A DNA stretch of 64,000 nt, taken from assembly GCA_002269645.1 (NCBI GenBank), contig NIVC01003152.1, forward strand, positions 52,354-116,353, given 5' to 3'. Shown in pieces: positions 1 through 10,885 of this stretch. The DNA comes from Macrostomum lignano (lineage: Eukaryota). Numbering within the stretch: the first letter of the stretch is position 1; the number at the start of each line of letters is the position of its first letter. The translations under genes and the position numbers were made by a program. Under the pieces are notes generated by a model. It saw nothing but the letters and a program-made list of their open reading frames with translations. It was not told the DNA's origin and searched no databases.

Positions 1-2130
1 CTCCGACTGAGTGGGCGGCCAACTCGCGAGGCGGAGGAGGCTCTGGCGGCTGTCTACCTGCAGCGGCAGCAGTCCGCTGTCGATGACGCCATCCAAGCCA
101 TCTCTGCCGCAGGGCCCGATGCCAGAGTGCGCGTGGCCTGGTCCGCCATCAACACTCTGACGGGGCAAAAGCGGCGCATCGCGCTCAACCTGGCAGGCGA
201 CACTCCGGATGAGCGCAGGAACGAGCTGCGCGAGTTCTTCGCCACCATTGTCAACGCGCCGCCCCCTCCGCTTCCAGAAAAGCTGAGGCTGCCGCCAGAG
301 ACACCTTTGCCGGCGGAGGAGAGCTTCAATGTTGCCCCAGTCAGCACAGCCAATGTTGTGAAGTTTGCTCGGCAGTCGCCAGGCAGCAAAGCGCTTGGTC
401 CGGACGAGGTGCCCACCGAGGCGCTGCGGATCCACTGCGTGGCCACTGAGGTCGCCAGAGTGATGAACCGCGTGCTTTTCGGTGAGGTGGCGCCAAACGA
501 ATGGACCACGGCGCACATCGTCGCCATTCCAAAGAAGCCGGGCACCACCAAGCTCGAGGAGCATCGAGGCATCTGCCTACAGTCCTGCGCCGCGAAGCTG
601 TTCAACCGCATGCTGCTTTCGCGGTTACAGCCTGTGCTGGACCCGTACCTGCGACCTGAGCAGAACGGATTCCGGCCCCATCGCGGCACAGTGACGCAGA
701 TCCTGGCTCTTCGACAAGTCATCAAGGAGGCGCGCATCCGCCAGTTGACCCTGATCCTGATCTTCGTCGATTTCAGGAAGGCTTTTGACTCGGTCATGAG
801 GGACGCGCTCCCAGAGGTGCTCCGTGCGTACAACGTGCCAGAGCTGCTGATTTCTGCTGTCATGGCGCTGTACCACGGCACGACGGCTGCTGTCTCAACA
901 CCGGACGGCCTATCGGATTTCTTCGAGACATCCTCCGGGGTGCTCCAGGGAGATACGCTAGCGCCGTTCCTATTTATTCTGGTGCTTGACTGGGTGCTAC
1001 GGACTGCTCTGCCTTCCAACGACGATGGCTTCCTGCTGCGGCGACGCGTGGGTTGACGCCAACCGGAGAGACGGCTCAGCATGCTTGGCTACGCCGATGA
1101 CCTCGCCCTGCTGTCCTCGACCGTCGAGGGCGCCCAACGACAGCTGGATAGGCTGGTTGCCGTTGCGGCGAGCGTCGGCCTGGTGGTCAACACGCAGAAG
1201 ACCGTCGTGCTATGCGTGCCGGCATACATGCGCAACAGTCGGCCGAGTCGGCCGATCTGGCCGACCGATTTGGCGGCCAACCAAGGAAGTCGCAAAAATG
1301 CCCACCCGAAAAAACACCCAAGTAGTAGTACTAAGTAGCTGACGAGGCATTTTGACTTAATAAGACAGTCATAGTTACTCCTGCCGTTTACCCAAAGTTG
1401 CGTTAATTTTGCTTTAGGGTTTTTTTACATGTAAGTCGCATTTTTGGCCAAAAACTGCGTCGCATTTTTGTTAAAACTTAGTCGCATGGCCGACCGAATT
1501 TTGGAGGTTGCGCATGTATGCGTGCCGGACGACACCGAGGCTGCAATCTTCTGCCGAGGCGCTGACGGACAGGCGAGTGAGCTTTCAAGATGTCAGCAGT
1601 TCGTCTACCTCGGCGGTCTGGTTCCCGACGTCCGCGAGGATCTGCGGCGTCGCCGAGGACTTGCTTGGGCTGCCTTTCGTTCTATAAGGTCAGTCCTGCA
1701 GTCCGAGGCCCTACCGGACTGCCAGAGGGCGGCGCTGTTCCAGGCGGTGATCGAGACCGTCCTGTTATACAACGCCGAGACCTGGACGCTGACAGACTCG
1801 CTCGAGGCTCAAGTCGACGCGGCGCATGCTGGCCTGCTGCGCGCCGCCTTCAAGATCGGCAACGAGCGAGTCACCAACACGGCGCTCTATCATCGCGCCG
1901 GCCTGGCCTATCCTAGCAATCTGCTGCGCCGTCAGCGACTCCAGCTGGCAGGCCACGTCATCCACGCCGAGGCCTACTGTCCGGAGCCGGTGCAGGAGGT
2001 GCTGCTACTTACATTGCAGGCACCCTAGCGGCAGGGACAGGCGAAGACTCAGCGCTACGTCGACTGTCTGCTGGCTGACGCCGGCGCCCCGGACTCTGCC
2101 GGCGGTGCGGCTTTTGTTCGCGCCCAAGCT
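1..2130 (+). mobile_element. Non-LTR retrotransposon (RTE-like) ORF2, reverse transcriptase plus C-terminal region; inactivated copy
   Basis: Frame open from base 1. RT motifs IVAIPKKPG, EQNGFRPHRGT, FVDFRKAFDSV, GVLQGDTLAPFLF, LGYADDL, FVYLGG, RLQLAGHVI. In-frame TGA at 1054-1056 (CGA>TGA) and TAG at 2026-2028 (TAC in the sister copy at 9.6 kb). The frame is restored when the 1223-1520 insertion and one TSD are removed. Confidence 0.88.
1223..1520. mobile_element. 298-bp non-autonomous DNA transposon (MITE) with 14-bp TIR and 8-bp TSD
   Basis: TIRs CATACATGCGCAAC (1223-1236) and GTTGCGCATGTATG (1507-1520). TSD CGTGCCGG at 1215-1222 and 1521-1528, inside the LINE ORF. Confidence 0.92.
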
Positions 2131-2289
2131 GCTCTATATAGCCTTTTAAGTTAATAAAAGTATAAAGACCAAGGCCTTATAGGATTAGGCCAATCTGCAG
2201 CACCCATTTATCATCTTGCATTAGTAGTAACTTCAATTGGCTTGGCAAGTCATGTGACATAAGTTGAGTTGAGGGTTAGGCCTACTACC

Positions 2290-2482
2290 CTTACCCTAAA
2301 ACAAAATTAACACAACTTTAGGTAAATGGCAGGAGTAACTATGACTGTCTTATTAGGGCAAAATGCATTGTTATCTACTTAGTACTACTAGGGTATTTAT
2401 TTGTTTGAGCATTTTTGCAACGTACCTTGGTTGGTTGGCTGCCAAATCAGTTGGCCAGATCGGCCAACTGTTGCGCATGTAC
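2290..2482 (-). mobile_element. Older decayed inverted copy of the left part of the 1223-1520 MITE
   Basis: Reverse complement aligns by eye with 1223-1420 (e.g. GGCAGGAGTAACTATGACTGTCTTATT, GTTGCGCATGTA). Many differences are CG>TG/CA. Confidence 0.75.
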
Positions 2483-3256
2483 GCTCATTTAGACAAGGTT
2501 AGGCCTAAACCTGTCAATATTTAGACTGCTTCTTATGTGATACCAAGGTGCCTAACAATGCTAATACTATGCCAATAGGGACTAAGGTAGACTTTGTCTA
2601 TTCTTAGGCTCTATAGCATGCTATCTAATGCACCTATTTCTAACTATGACCTTATATGCGTGGTTGCATAATTTGTTATTGTTATTGTTATTTAATTTAT
2701 TAGATGTCATAAAATGAAGCTAAGGCCTAAGTTAAGTTAGCCTAAAATTAAGGAAAGGAATATAAGATAAAAAATGTCATTTTTTATAGGCATGAGAAGG
2801 CACCAAGATGTAGGCCTAGGTAAAATTGCATCTTAATTCTTAGGCCTAAATCAAACTTTAGGATTTGATTTAAAGATTCAAGATATTATTTAACATTTAT
2901 ATTATTTTTAAAAAAACCTAGCCTAGGCTAGGGTTTTCACTAAAGCCTAATGGCTAATGCTAAGATAGGCTTACAAAATTGTATCTAAGACTAGGTCTTA
3001 GACATAGGCCTAAGGTCTAAAATTTGAGGATGCAATTTTGAAAGTCAAGATGCTAAATATCTTTATTGCACAAAAAACTAACATTAGGCCTAGAGTGTAG
3101 ACCTATTATATTGACAATTGACATTGTTAATGTAATGTTATTAATAAAATTATCATTAGCATTACCATTATGGCATTAGTAGGCCTAGGCTTTTAATTTG
3201 ATTAGGCCCCTAATACTAGGCCTAAATTAAATCACAAGAGTAAGACTTGGACATAC

Positions 3257-3470
3257 CTGTATCTAAGATTCTTTCAACATGATGGAAGGCATTTGGAAAG
3301 CTCTGTAGACTTCTTTTATCTTTAAGTAGTTCTTGATAATACTCAGGTGTCACAACTGCAATATTATTGTCTGGTGAAGTAGCCATCCCCATAGATGAAG
3401 ACAAACTATTGACACCTGGTGAAGGCTGTGGGCCTAGCAAATGCGATTGTACATTAGATTCTGAGCTCAT
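3257..3470 (-). CDS. qki: First coding exon of a STAR-family RNA-binding protein (quaking / held out wings / GLD-1-like), QUA1 dimerisation domain
   Basis: ATG at 3470 in GCCATG context. Peptide ends TPEYYQELLKDKRSLQSFPNAFHHVERILDT, like QUA1 (YLxxLLKDKKxLxxFPNxFxHxERLLDE), followed by a phase-1 donor G|GTATGT at the position expected for QKI exon 1. No further exons recognised in the window. Confidence 0.78.
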
Positions 3471-4284
3471 GGCGATTTCAGTGTTAGTAAAACGGTGGCT
3501 TTTTTTCAACAAAATGGCTTTAAGTTTAAAATGGTAACAAGCGTTAGGCAATAGGCGGGCCTAAAAAAATATAAATTAGGCGTTAGAACTTAGGACAGGT
3601 TAGGGCCTACTTCATAAAATAGCAGCCAAAAACTAAAACTTGATCGGCCTTGCCCTTGACGTAAGCCCCAAGTCCTAACAGCGAATACAAAAGATGTGAT
3701 TTCGGAATAAATAAAGTCTACAACTTGTGAAAATGAATAATAATATTTTAGCTGTACCAGTTAGAGCAGTCGGCGACGTTACTATAATTTACCGGAAATT
3801 TACTTGTGTTAAAAAACAATTTAAAAAATATATTTCTTTGTAATATGCTAAACGTTAAGAAGCATAAAAAATTCTGCAAGAAAACACTTTTTTAAAAGTT
3901 TTCGCTAACATTTATTTTAAAAATTGGTCACAATATTTTTAGTAAAGGAATTTTAAAGGTGACATTTCACCGAAACGTGTAGACCGACTAGCTCGTGCCG
4001 TAAGGTGTAACGCGTACAACTACAAGCATGTATATAACTTTGGCCGATCGGTTTTTACCGACGTTAAACCGACGTTAAAATGTACATAGAGGGAGTGGGG
4101 TGGCTGCACACTGATGACAAGTAGAATGGGGTGGCTGACAGGGAAATCCCCAAGGCCACCACAAGGCGCCTACCAATAAAAAGCAAAGCAAACTTAAGCA
4201 AATGGCGTGATTCTGAATTGATGACTCACTCGACACTCCTTACCGATCTGTCTCTGCAGTGCGCAACTACATGCATATACTGTT

Positions 4285-4935
4285 TGCATTTAAATACACT
4301 GCCGACGTAAACTTTTGCCGACGCTAACTTTTCCCATTCAAAATACATTGCCGACGTAAACTTTTGCCGACGCTAACTTTTCACATTGAAAATACATTGC
4401 CGACGTAAACTTTTGCCGACGCTAACTTTTCCCGTTCAAAATACATTGCCGACGTAAACTGTTGCCGACGCTAACTTTTCCCATTCAAAATACATTGCCG
4501 ACGTAAACTTTTGCCGACGCTAACTTTTTCTATAAATTATATATTCTAATACATTGCCGACGTAAACTTTTGCCGATGCTAACTTTTCCCATTCGAAATA
4601 CATTGCCGACGTAAACTTTTGCCGACGCTAACTTTTCACATTCAAAATACATTGCCGACGTAAACTTTTGCCGACGCTAACTTTTCCCGTTCAAAATACA
4701 TTGCCGACGTAAACTGTTGCCGACGCTAACTTTTCCCGTTCAAAATACATTGCCGACGTAAACTTTTGCCGACGCTAACTTTTTCTATAAATTATATATT
4801 CTAATACATTGCCGACGTAAACTTTTGCCGACGCTAACTTTTTCTATAAATTATATATTCTAATACATTGCCGACGTAAACTTTTGCCGACGCTAACTTT
4901 TCCCATTCAAAATACATTGCCGACGCTAACTTTTT
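4285..4935 (+). repeat. Left-arm tandem array (~49-56-bp units)
   Basis: Unit ATACATTGCCGACGTAAACTTTTGCCGACGCTAACTTTTCCCATTCAAA with a TTTCTATAAATTATATATTCTA variant. Confidence 0.9.
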
Positions 4936-5590
4936 CTTTTTAAATACATTTCCGATGGAAGAAATAGCGACGTTCGCCAGCCGAATTTTGCGAGCCGACG
5001 TTCGCCATCCGACGTTTGCCAGCCAACGTTTGCCAGCCGACGTTTGCCAGCCGGACATTTGCATGCGGCAATGGGTTAAAAGAATTATGCCCTCTCTAGG
5101 CTTACATGTACTTGCATTTGAAAACTGCGGACATAGCACCAATCTAATGCCACATCGCTCCCTTCTACTGCTACTAAATACAGGTCACTAACAAACTACT
5201 GCACACTAAAACCCTCTTCGTCTTCTTTTAGTAGCTAACATGTACCAAAAGAAACTGATGTAACCAAGACTGTCTAAACTACATCAGCAGCACCAAAGCG
5301 TGGCATAGCAACGTTTTTCAGCAGCCGACGTTTGTTAGCAAACATAAAGTCAGTCAGTGAAAAATTTGGTACTGAAATATTCGCAGTTTATAGCGGTTTG
5401 ACAAAAACCATTTTTAGTCCAACTTTTTGACGATTATTCGCCTGCATAAATAAATTTCTAAAACAGAATTTTTATAAAATAATGTCTTTCCTCCTAGACT
5501 GATTCGAAGCGGCATGGGGATGGGGAAGTGAAGGTCCGATTAGAGCTCTCCCGTGGTGTACATGTACATCTTAGAGGGAATTTTTTACTT

Positions 5591-6770
5591 AGAATTAGCT
5601 GCAGGGGGCTCCGTGCATCTGGGGGAGGGGGCCACGGGCAAGGGGACCAGTAAAAGAACCGGTCGAGCCAGCCTTGGTCAGGCGATCGGCCAGCTCGTTG
5701 CCAGGGTGGCCCGAGTGCCCGGGGATCCACCTTATAGGGACACCTTGTTAGATGCGACTAAGCGGTTGAGCTGCCTGATGCAGTCGAGGACTGTACGATA
5801 GCAGGTGATGGTGTGCGCTCAAGGGCGTGGATCGCCGCTTGACCGAGTGGAGGATCATCTCCTTCCCCCAGATGCGCTGATGGCGCAGGAGCTGATGGCA
5901 AGAACTTCGGTCTGGAAATCGGTGGAGCAGGTGCCGGTGTTTCGGGAGAAGGCCACCACAGTTCTCCCTCCAGACACGATGCAAGCCGTAGCCAGAGGCG
6001 GAGTTGATTTGGGACCCGTCAGTGAAGCAGTGGATTTCACGGGGTTTCCGGTTGTCCCTAGCCTCAGCATGGCGTGGTGGAATGCTGGTTTTGAATTTGA
6101 GCGGAGGGCAGAGCGGGGACGGAATTCCGTCCGAGAGGGTCAGCATGCTTCCTACTGCTTCCAGGTCTCGCAGGCTGTCACCGTGCGGCGGGAGGTTCCG
6201 CTTTTTGAAGGCGAACTGCTTCTGGATGGGGACACCCGCGTCAAGCAGACGGCGGGTCGGGTTGGTCTTCTTTGCCTGCCCTCTAACAAAGAGGTCGAGG
6301 GGGGATGTCCAAGAAGGAGTTCATGCCGGCGAAGGGTGTAGAGGGAGCCGTGCTCATGATAGCTCGACAAGCGCGGTCTTGCACCCTGTTAAGAGCATCG
6401 AGAACCCCTTTCACATCTAGGGAACTGTTCCAAATGAAGCCGGCGAAGGAGATGGCCGGTATTCACGATGGCAGAGTAAATCCACCAGAGGCGACGGGGT
6501 GTGAGGCCCCAGGTAGCGCCAAAGGCTTTGCAGATCTGTGCGAGAATCGAGAGAGCTTTGCGGGCTTTGGTTTGGACGTGTGGAGTCCAGTTCAACCTGT
6601 GGTAGAGAGGGTGATGCCCAGACATCTGGTTTGTTTCTCCATGGCAACGGGTTTGCCATAGAGGAAGAGCGGTTCGATCCTCCAGTTTCGGCGGCTGGTG
6701 AACATAATAGCCACAGTTTTAGACTCAGAGAACCTGAGACCGCAGCTCCAGGTCCAGCCACAGCGGCTAT
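5591..6770 (-). mobile_element. Decayed non-LTR retrotransposon fragment A (RT thumb, connection, RNase H start, 3' end)
   Basis: Across frameshifts: FSESKTVAIMFT, LGITL, RLNWTPHV, TWGLTPRRLWWIYSAIV, PSTPFAGMNSFLDIPPLD, IHCFTDGS, FQTEVLAI. This matches RT-RNase H LINEs of the R1/LOA/I group. Confidence 0.8.
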
Positions 6771-6989
6771 GCCACGCTTTGATGTTGATAGATGTATATG
6801 TAGTTCGGACACTTTTGGTTACACCGGTTGCTTTGATACCTTTTACTGTTGCTAAATGCCTGCGGAGCCAAAAATGAGCGATGAGAACACCGATTCTGAA
6901 AAAATGTACATGTACGACTTCAGTCATGTACATGTACATGTAGAATTCCCGGCTTTGTCCCCCCACCATAAAATCCATGGCGACGCGGC

Positions 6990-7130
6990 ACTGGCCAATT
7001 CACCAGACCTGGCACCCTCCAACTTTATAATTACATGTAAGCTGCTCTGTCGACTTTTGCATGTAAATAAGCGGCCGCTCCGTGGGCCCCATTTCGAGTG
7101 TAACGAAGAGCTATAAGTCTCTAGGAACCT
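6990..7130 (+). mobile_element. Short degraded mariner transposase C-terminal fragment
   Basis: SPDLAPSNF (7000-7026) and LRGPHFECNEEL resemble mariner YSPDLAPSDF...LRGxxFxxxEE. Confidence 0.55.
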
Positions 7131-7264
7131 AACCCCTTGCCAACCAGTGGCTAGAGAATCAATCGGCAGAGTTCTACACGTACATATGTACATTAGCGAC
7201 ATCCGGGCGCTGCGCGACCGATTTCAAGAAGTGAATTGATCGCCAGGGAGGTTGACTTAACTTG

Positions 7265-8544
7265 ATTTAGCTGCAGGGGGCGTCCGGCAGATGCAGCGAG
7301 GAGGCGGAGGAGACCGCCCATTCCGCTAGGCCCTGGCAACCAATGACTTCCATCGAAGTAATGTCTCTCAGGGGGACCCGTCGGTCTCGCCTGCAGCGCG
7401 GTCCTTCTCACCGGCGGTGGGGAAGAAATCAGCTCGTCCCGTGTCCCTGAGGTACCGGGCGAGCAGCGGGATGCTCTCGGGCCTGCAAACGTCGGAGGGA
7501 ACCGGGTTTGGCCCGAGGTGAGTGAGCCTGGCCCTGGTGGAAACCGGACAGTGGCAGATAAAGTGCTCGGTGTTTTCACTGCCTGAGCGGCAGAAGGGGC
7601 ACCGCTCCTCGGGTACTTGGCCCTGAAGGAAGTGGTGGCGAGAGAAGCAGCCATGCCCGGAGAGGGCCATGCTGACTGCTCTTAGGTCTCTGCGGTTAAG
7701 GGCTCTACGCAGGAGAGGAGACGGGGAGGGGACGGCAGCACGGTCTTGCCACCTGCGGAGATGCTCGGAATCAGTCCAGCGCTTAACGCGGGAGTTGCTC
7801 ACCGAGGCGGGGATGGGGCCCCCCGGCCCAGCCCCAGCAGCGCGCCGGCGGAGCCAGCCTTAGCCAGCAGGTCAGGGCACTCGTTGCCGAGGAAACCAAC
7901 ATGGCCCTTGATCCATCTGAGCTCCACTTGGTTGCCTAGCGCAAGCCCGTTGAGCTGGGTGTTGCAGTCCAGGACAGATTTGGAGCTGGTGGTGCTGCGG
8001 CCCGATGGGCTGCTTGGCTGTCAGAGTGAAAAATAGATTCCGACAGTGCTGCCTTTGGCGCAGCTCTGCCGCGCAGCAGCTGATGGCAAGCACCTCGCTC
8101 TGAAAAACACTGGAGTTGAGCCCAGTGTGCTGGGAGTAGCTCCCCACCACTTCACCCTTGAAGAAGACCCAAGCTCCGAAGCCTGAAAGACCATGCCTCA
8201 TTGAGCCGTCAGTGTAACAGTGGACTTCAGAATCGCTCCAGCTGTCACTCGCCTCGTGTCGAGGCTGAATAGTGCAGTGACCTTATACCTTTGGCTCAGG
8301 ATAAGGGTGGCTGGGATCGAGTCCGTGAGGATGTTGAGCCCGCCACACTCCTCGAGAGTCTTGAGGCAGAGGTCAGAGTGCGGTATAAGCGACCGCTTCT
8401 TAAAGGCCCGCACTTTTTTGAAGGCCACCCCAGCATCCAGAAGACGCCAAGTGCTCTTTGCCGCCTCTCCTTTGATATAAATATCCAGAGGAGGGGCACT
8501 GAGGAAGGCATTCATGCCTTCAAAAGGAGTAGAGGGTGGAGGGT
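7265..8544 (-). mobile_element. Decayed non-LTR retrotransposon fragment B (connection, RNase H, C-terminal CCHC-like domain, 3' end); paralog of fragment A
   Basis: PSTPFEGMNAFLSAPPLDIYIKG, YTDGS, SVFQSEVLAI, WIKGH, LSGHGCF, CPFC...ENTEHFICHCP. Same terminal motif as fragment A. Confidence 0.82.
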
Positions 8545-8862
8545 GGTCGCGTACAGTCTGGCCGCCACACAGCTCCCCCCAGCAAAGAGCTAGGCCCCGA
8601 ACGTCGGGCGGTAGCCGAAGCAGCGAGATTGCCGAGGAGCAGAGTTGAAGAGGAGCGGGCGCCGAAATCAGCCGGGCGCCGAAGGCAGCAGGGGCGCGAG
8701 GCGGGCGCCGAAGGCAGCAGGGCGCCGGGCGGGCGCCGATTGCAGCAGGGGCGCGAGGCGAATTACACCCGAGGCAATCGACAGTCAGTTGCCGCCGTGA
8801 GCCGGGTCGATGCTCCTGCACAGAGGCTGGGGACGTTAGGCTAGCAGCAGCAGTGCTAACCT

Positions 8863-9115
8863 AGAATTAGCTGCAGCGTGTGGCGCTGGTTGGTCCAACG
8901 CGGGGGCCGAAAGGCGAGACCCCAGGAGCTACCGGGGGGGGGGGGGGCGGGCTGACTGGGCCGATTCGTGCTGCGGGGTACTGCCGTGGTTGCTGTGCTG
9001 CGGTGCTGCTGTGCTGCCGTTGCAGTCGGCCAAGGCGGTTGGCTGCCAGGACCGCACAGGGCTGTCCAGGTAGGCCCAGCGTTCCGCGCTGGGAGTCGGG
9101 CTCACCAATGAGGCG
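8863..9115 (-). mobile_element. Third 3'-terminal fragment of the RNase H LINE family
   Basis: Ends in the same AGAATTAGCTGCAG motif (plus-strand reading) as at 5591 and 7265; GC-rich, no recognisable domain. Confidence 0.45.
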
Positions 9116-9196
9116 GAAGGCCTTTTCATTTCAATAGATGGAATGGCAGCGAAAAGTTTTGTGCTGCTTTGCGCATATATTCATATTTACGCATTA

Positions 9197-9749
9197 CGTC
9201 TACCTCGGCGGTCTGTTTCCAGACGCTCGCGAGGACCTGCGACGCCGCCGCGGGCTTGCCTGGGCTGCCTTTCGTTCTGTGAGGGCAGTCCTAGCCTGCA
9301 GTCCGAGGCCCTACCGGACCGCCAGAGGGCGGCGCTGTTCCAGGCGGTAATCGAGACCGTCCTGCTCTACAACGCCGAGACCTGGACGCTGACGGACTCA
9401 CTCGAACAGCAAGTCGATGCGGCGCAGGCTGGCCTGCTGCGCGCCGCCTTCAACATCGACGTCGAGCGAGTCAACAACGCGGCACTCTATCGCCGCGCTG
9501 GCCTGCCACGTCCAAGCGATCTACTGCGCCGTCGGCGACTCCAGCTCGCAGGCCATCTCATCCGCGCCGAGTCGTACTGCCCACAGCCGGTGCAGGAGGT
9601 GCTGCTGCTCACGCTGCAGGCACCCTACCGGCGATGTCAAGCGCGAACTCGGCGTTACGTCGACTGTCTGCTGGCTGACGCCGACGCCCCGGACACTGCC
9701 GGTGGCGCGGCCTTTGTTCGCGCCCAAAGCCATGAAGCGCGCCCTGTGA
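9197..9749 (+). mobile_element. 3' fragment of the same RTE-like LINE family as 1-2130
   Basis: VYLGGLFPDAREDLRRRRGLAWAAF...LLYNAETWTLT...RLQLAGHLIRAE aligns with 1602-2130; small insertion near 9295. Confidence 0.88.
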
Positions 9750-9999
9750 CGCTAACTTTTGCCATCCTGACAACGTATTTTTAGTTATGTTGTTATATTT
9801 ACACAAACTGCGCGAGATTCATGAGGGGCCTATGGAGGTGCGAACAGGTGGCGTGGCATGATAGGCTACGCCAACCCCCCTGGCTTAGCGAGCCGGCTAG
9901 CCTGATGCGCAACAACCCCACCTCAGCTAGACAGAGGTTGGGGGGGTTTCCAGGGCGGCTGCACTGGTGCTGCCGGTCGCGTACAGTCTGGCCGCCACA

Positions 10000-10885
10000 G
10001 CAATGTATTTTGAACGGGAAAAGTTAGCGTCGGCAAGTTTACGTCGGCAATGTATTAGAATATATAATTTATAGAAAAAGTTAGCGTCGGCAAAATTTTA
10101 CGTCGGCAATGTATTTTGAACTGGAAAAAATAGCGTCGGCAAAAGTTTACGTCGGCAATGTATTAGAATATATAATTTATAGAAAAAGTTAGCGTCGGCA
10201 ACAGTTTACGTCGGCAATGTATTTTGAATGGGAAAAGTTAGCGTCGGAAAAAGTTTACGTCGGCAATGTATTTTGAACGGGAAAAGTTAGCGTCGGCAAA
10301 AGTTTACGTCGGCAATGTATTTTTAATGGGAAAAGTTAGCATCGGCAAAAGTTTACGTCGGCAATGTATTAGAATATATAATTTATAGAAAAAGTTAGCG
10401 TCGGCAAAAGTTTACGTCGGCAATGTATTAGAATATATAATTTATAGAAAAAGTTAGCGTCGGCAACAGTTTACGTCGGCAATGTATTTTGAACGGGAAA
10501 AGTTAGCGTCGGCAACAGTTTACGTCGGCAATGTATTTTGAACGGGAAAAGTTAGCGTCGGCAAAAGTTTACGTCGGCAATGTATTTTGAATGGGAAAAG
10601 TTAGCATCGGCAAAAGTTTACGTCGGCAATGTATTAGAATATATAATTTATAGAAAAAGTTAGCGTCGGCAAAAGTTTACGTCGGCAATGTATTTTGAAT
10701 GGGAAAAGTTAGCGTCGGCAACAGTTTACGTCGGCAATGTATTTTGAACGGGAAAAGTTAGCGTCGGCAAAAGTTTACGTCGGCAATGTATTTTGAATGG
10801 GAAAAGTTAGCGTCGGCAAAAGTTTACGTCGGCAATGTATTTTGAATGGGAAAAGTTAGCGTCGGCAAAAGTTTACGTCGGCAGT
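10000..10885 (-). repeat. Right-arm tandem array (inverse of 4285-4935)
   Basis: Unit GGCAATGTATTTTGAACGGGAAAAGTTAGCGTCGGCAAAAGTTTACGTC; more copies than the left arm. Confidence 0.9.

Noticed and set aside
54-1082. 342-aa minus-strand ORF
   Set aside because: Antisense shadow of the GC-rich LINE RT frame; no motifs of its own.
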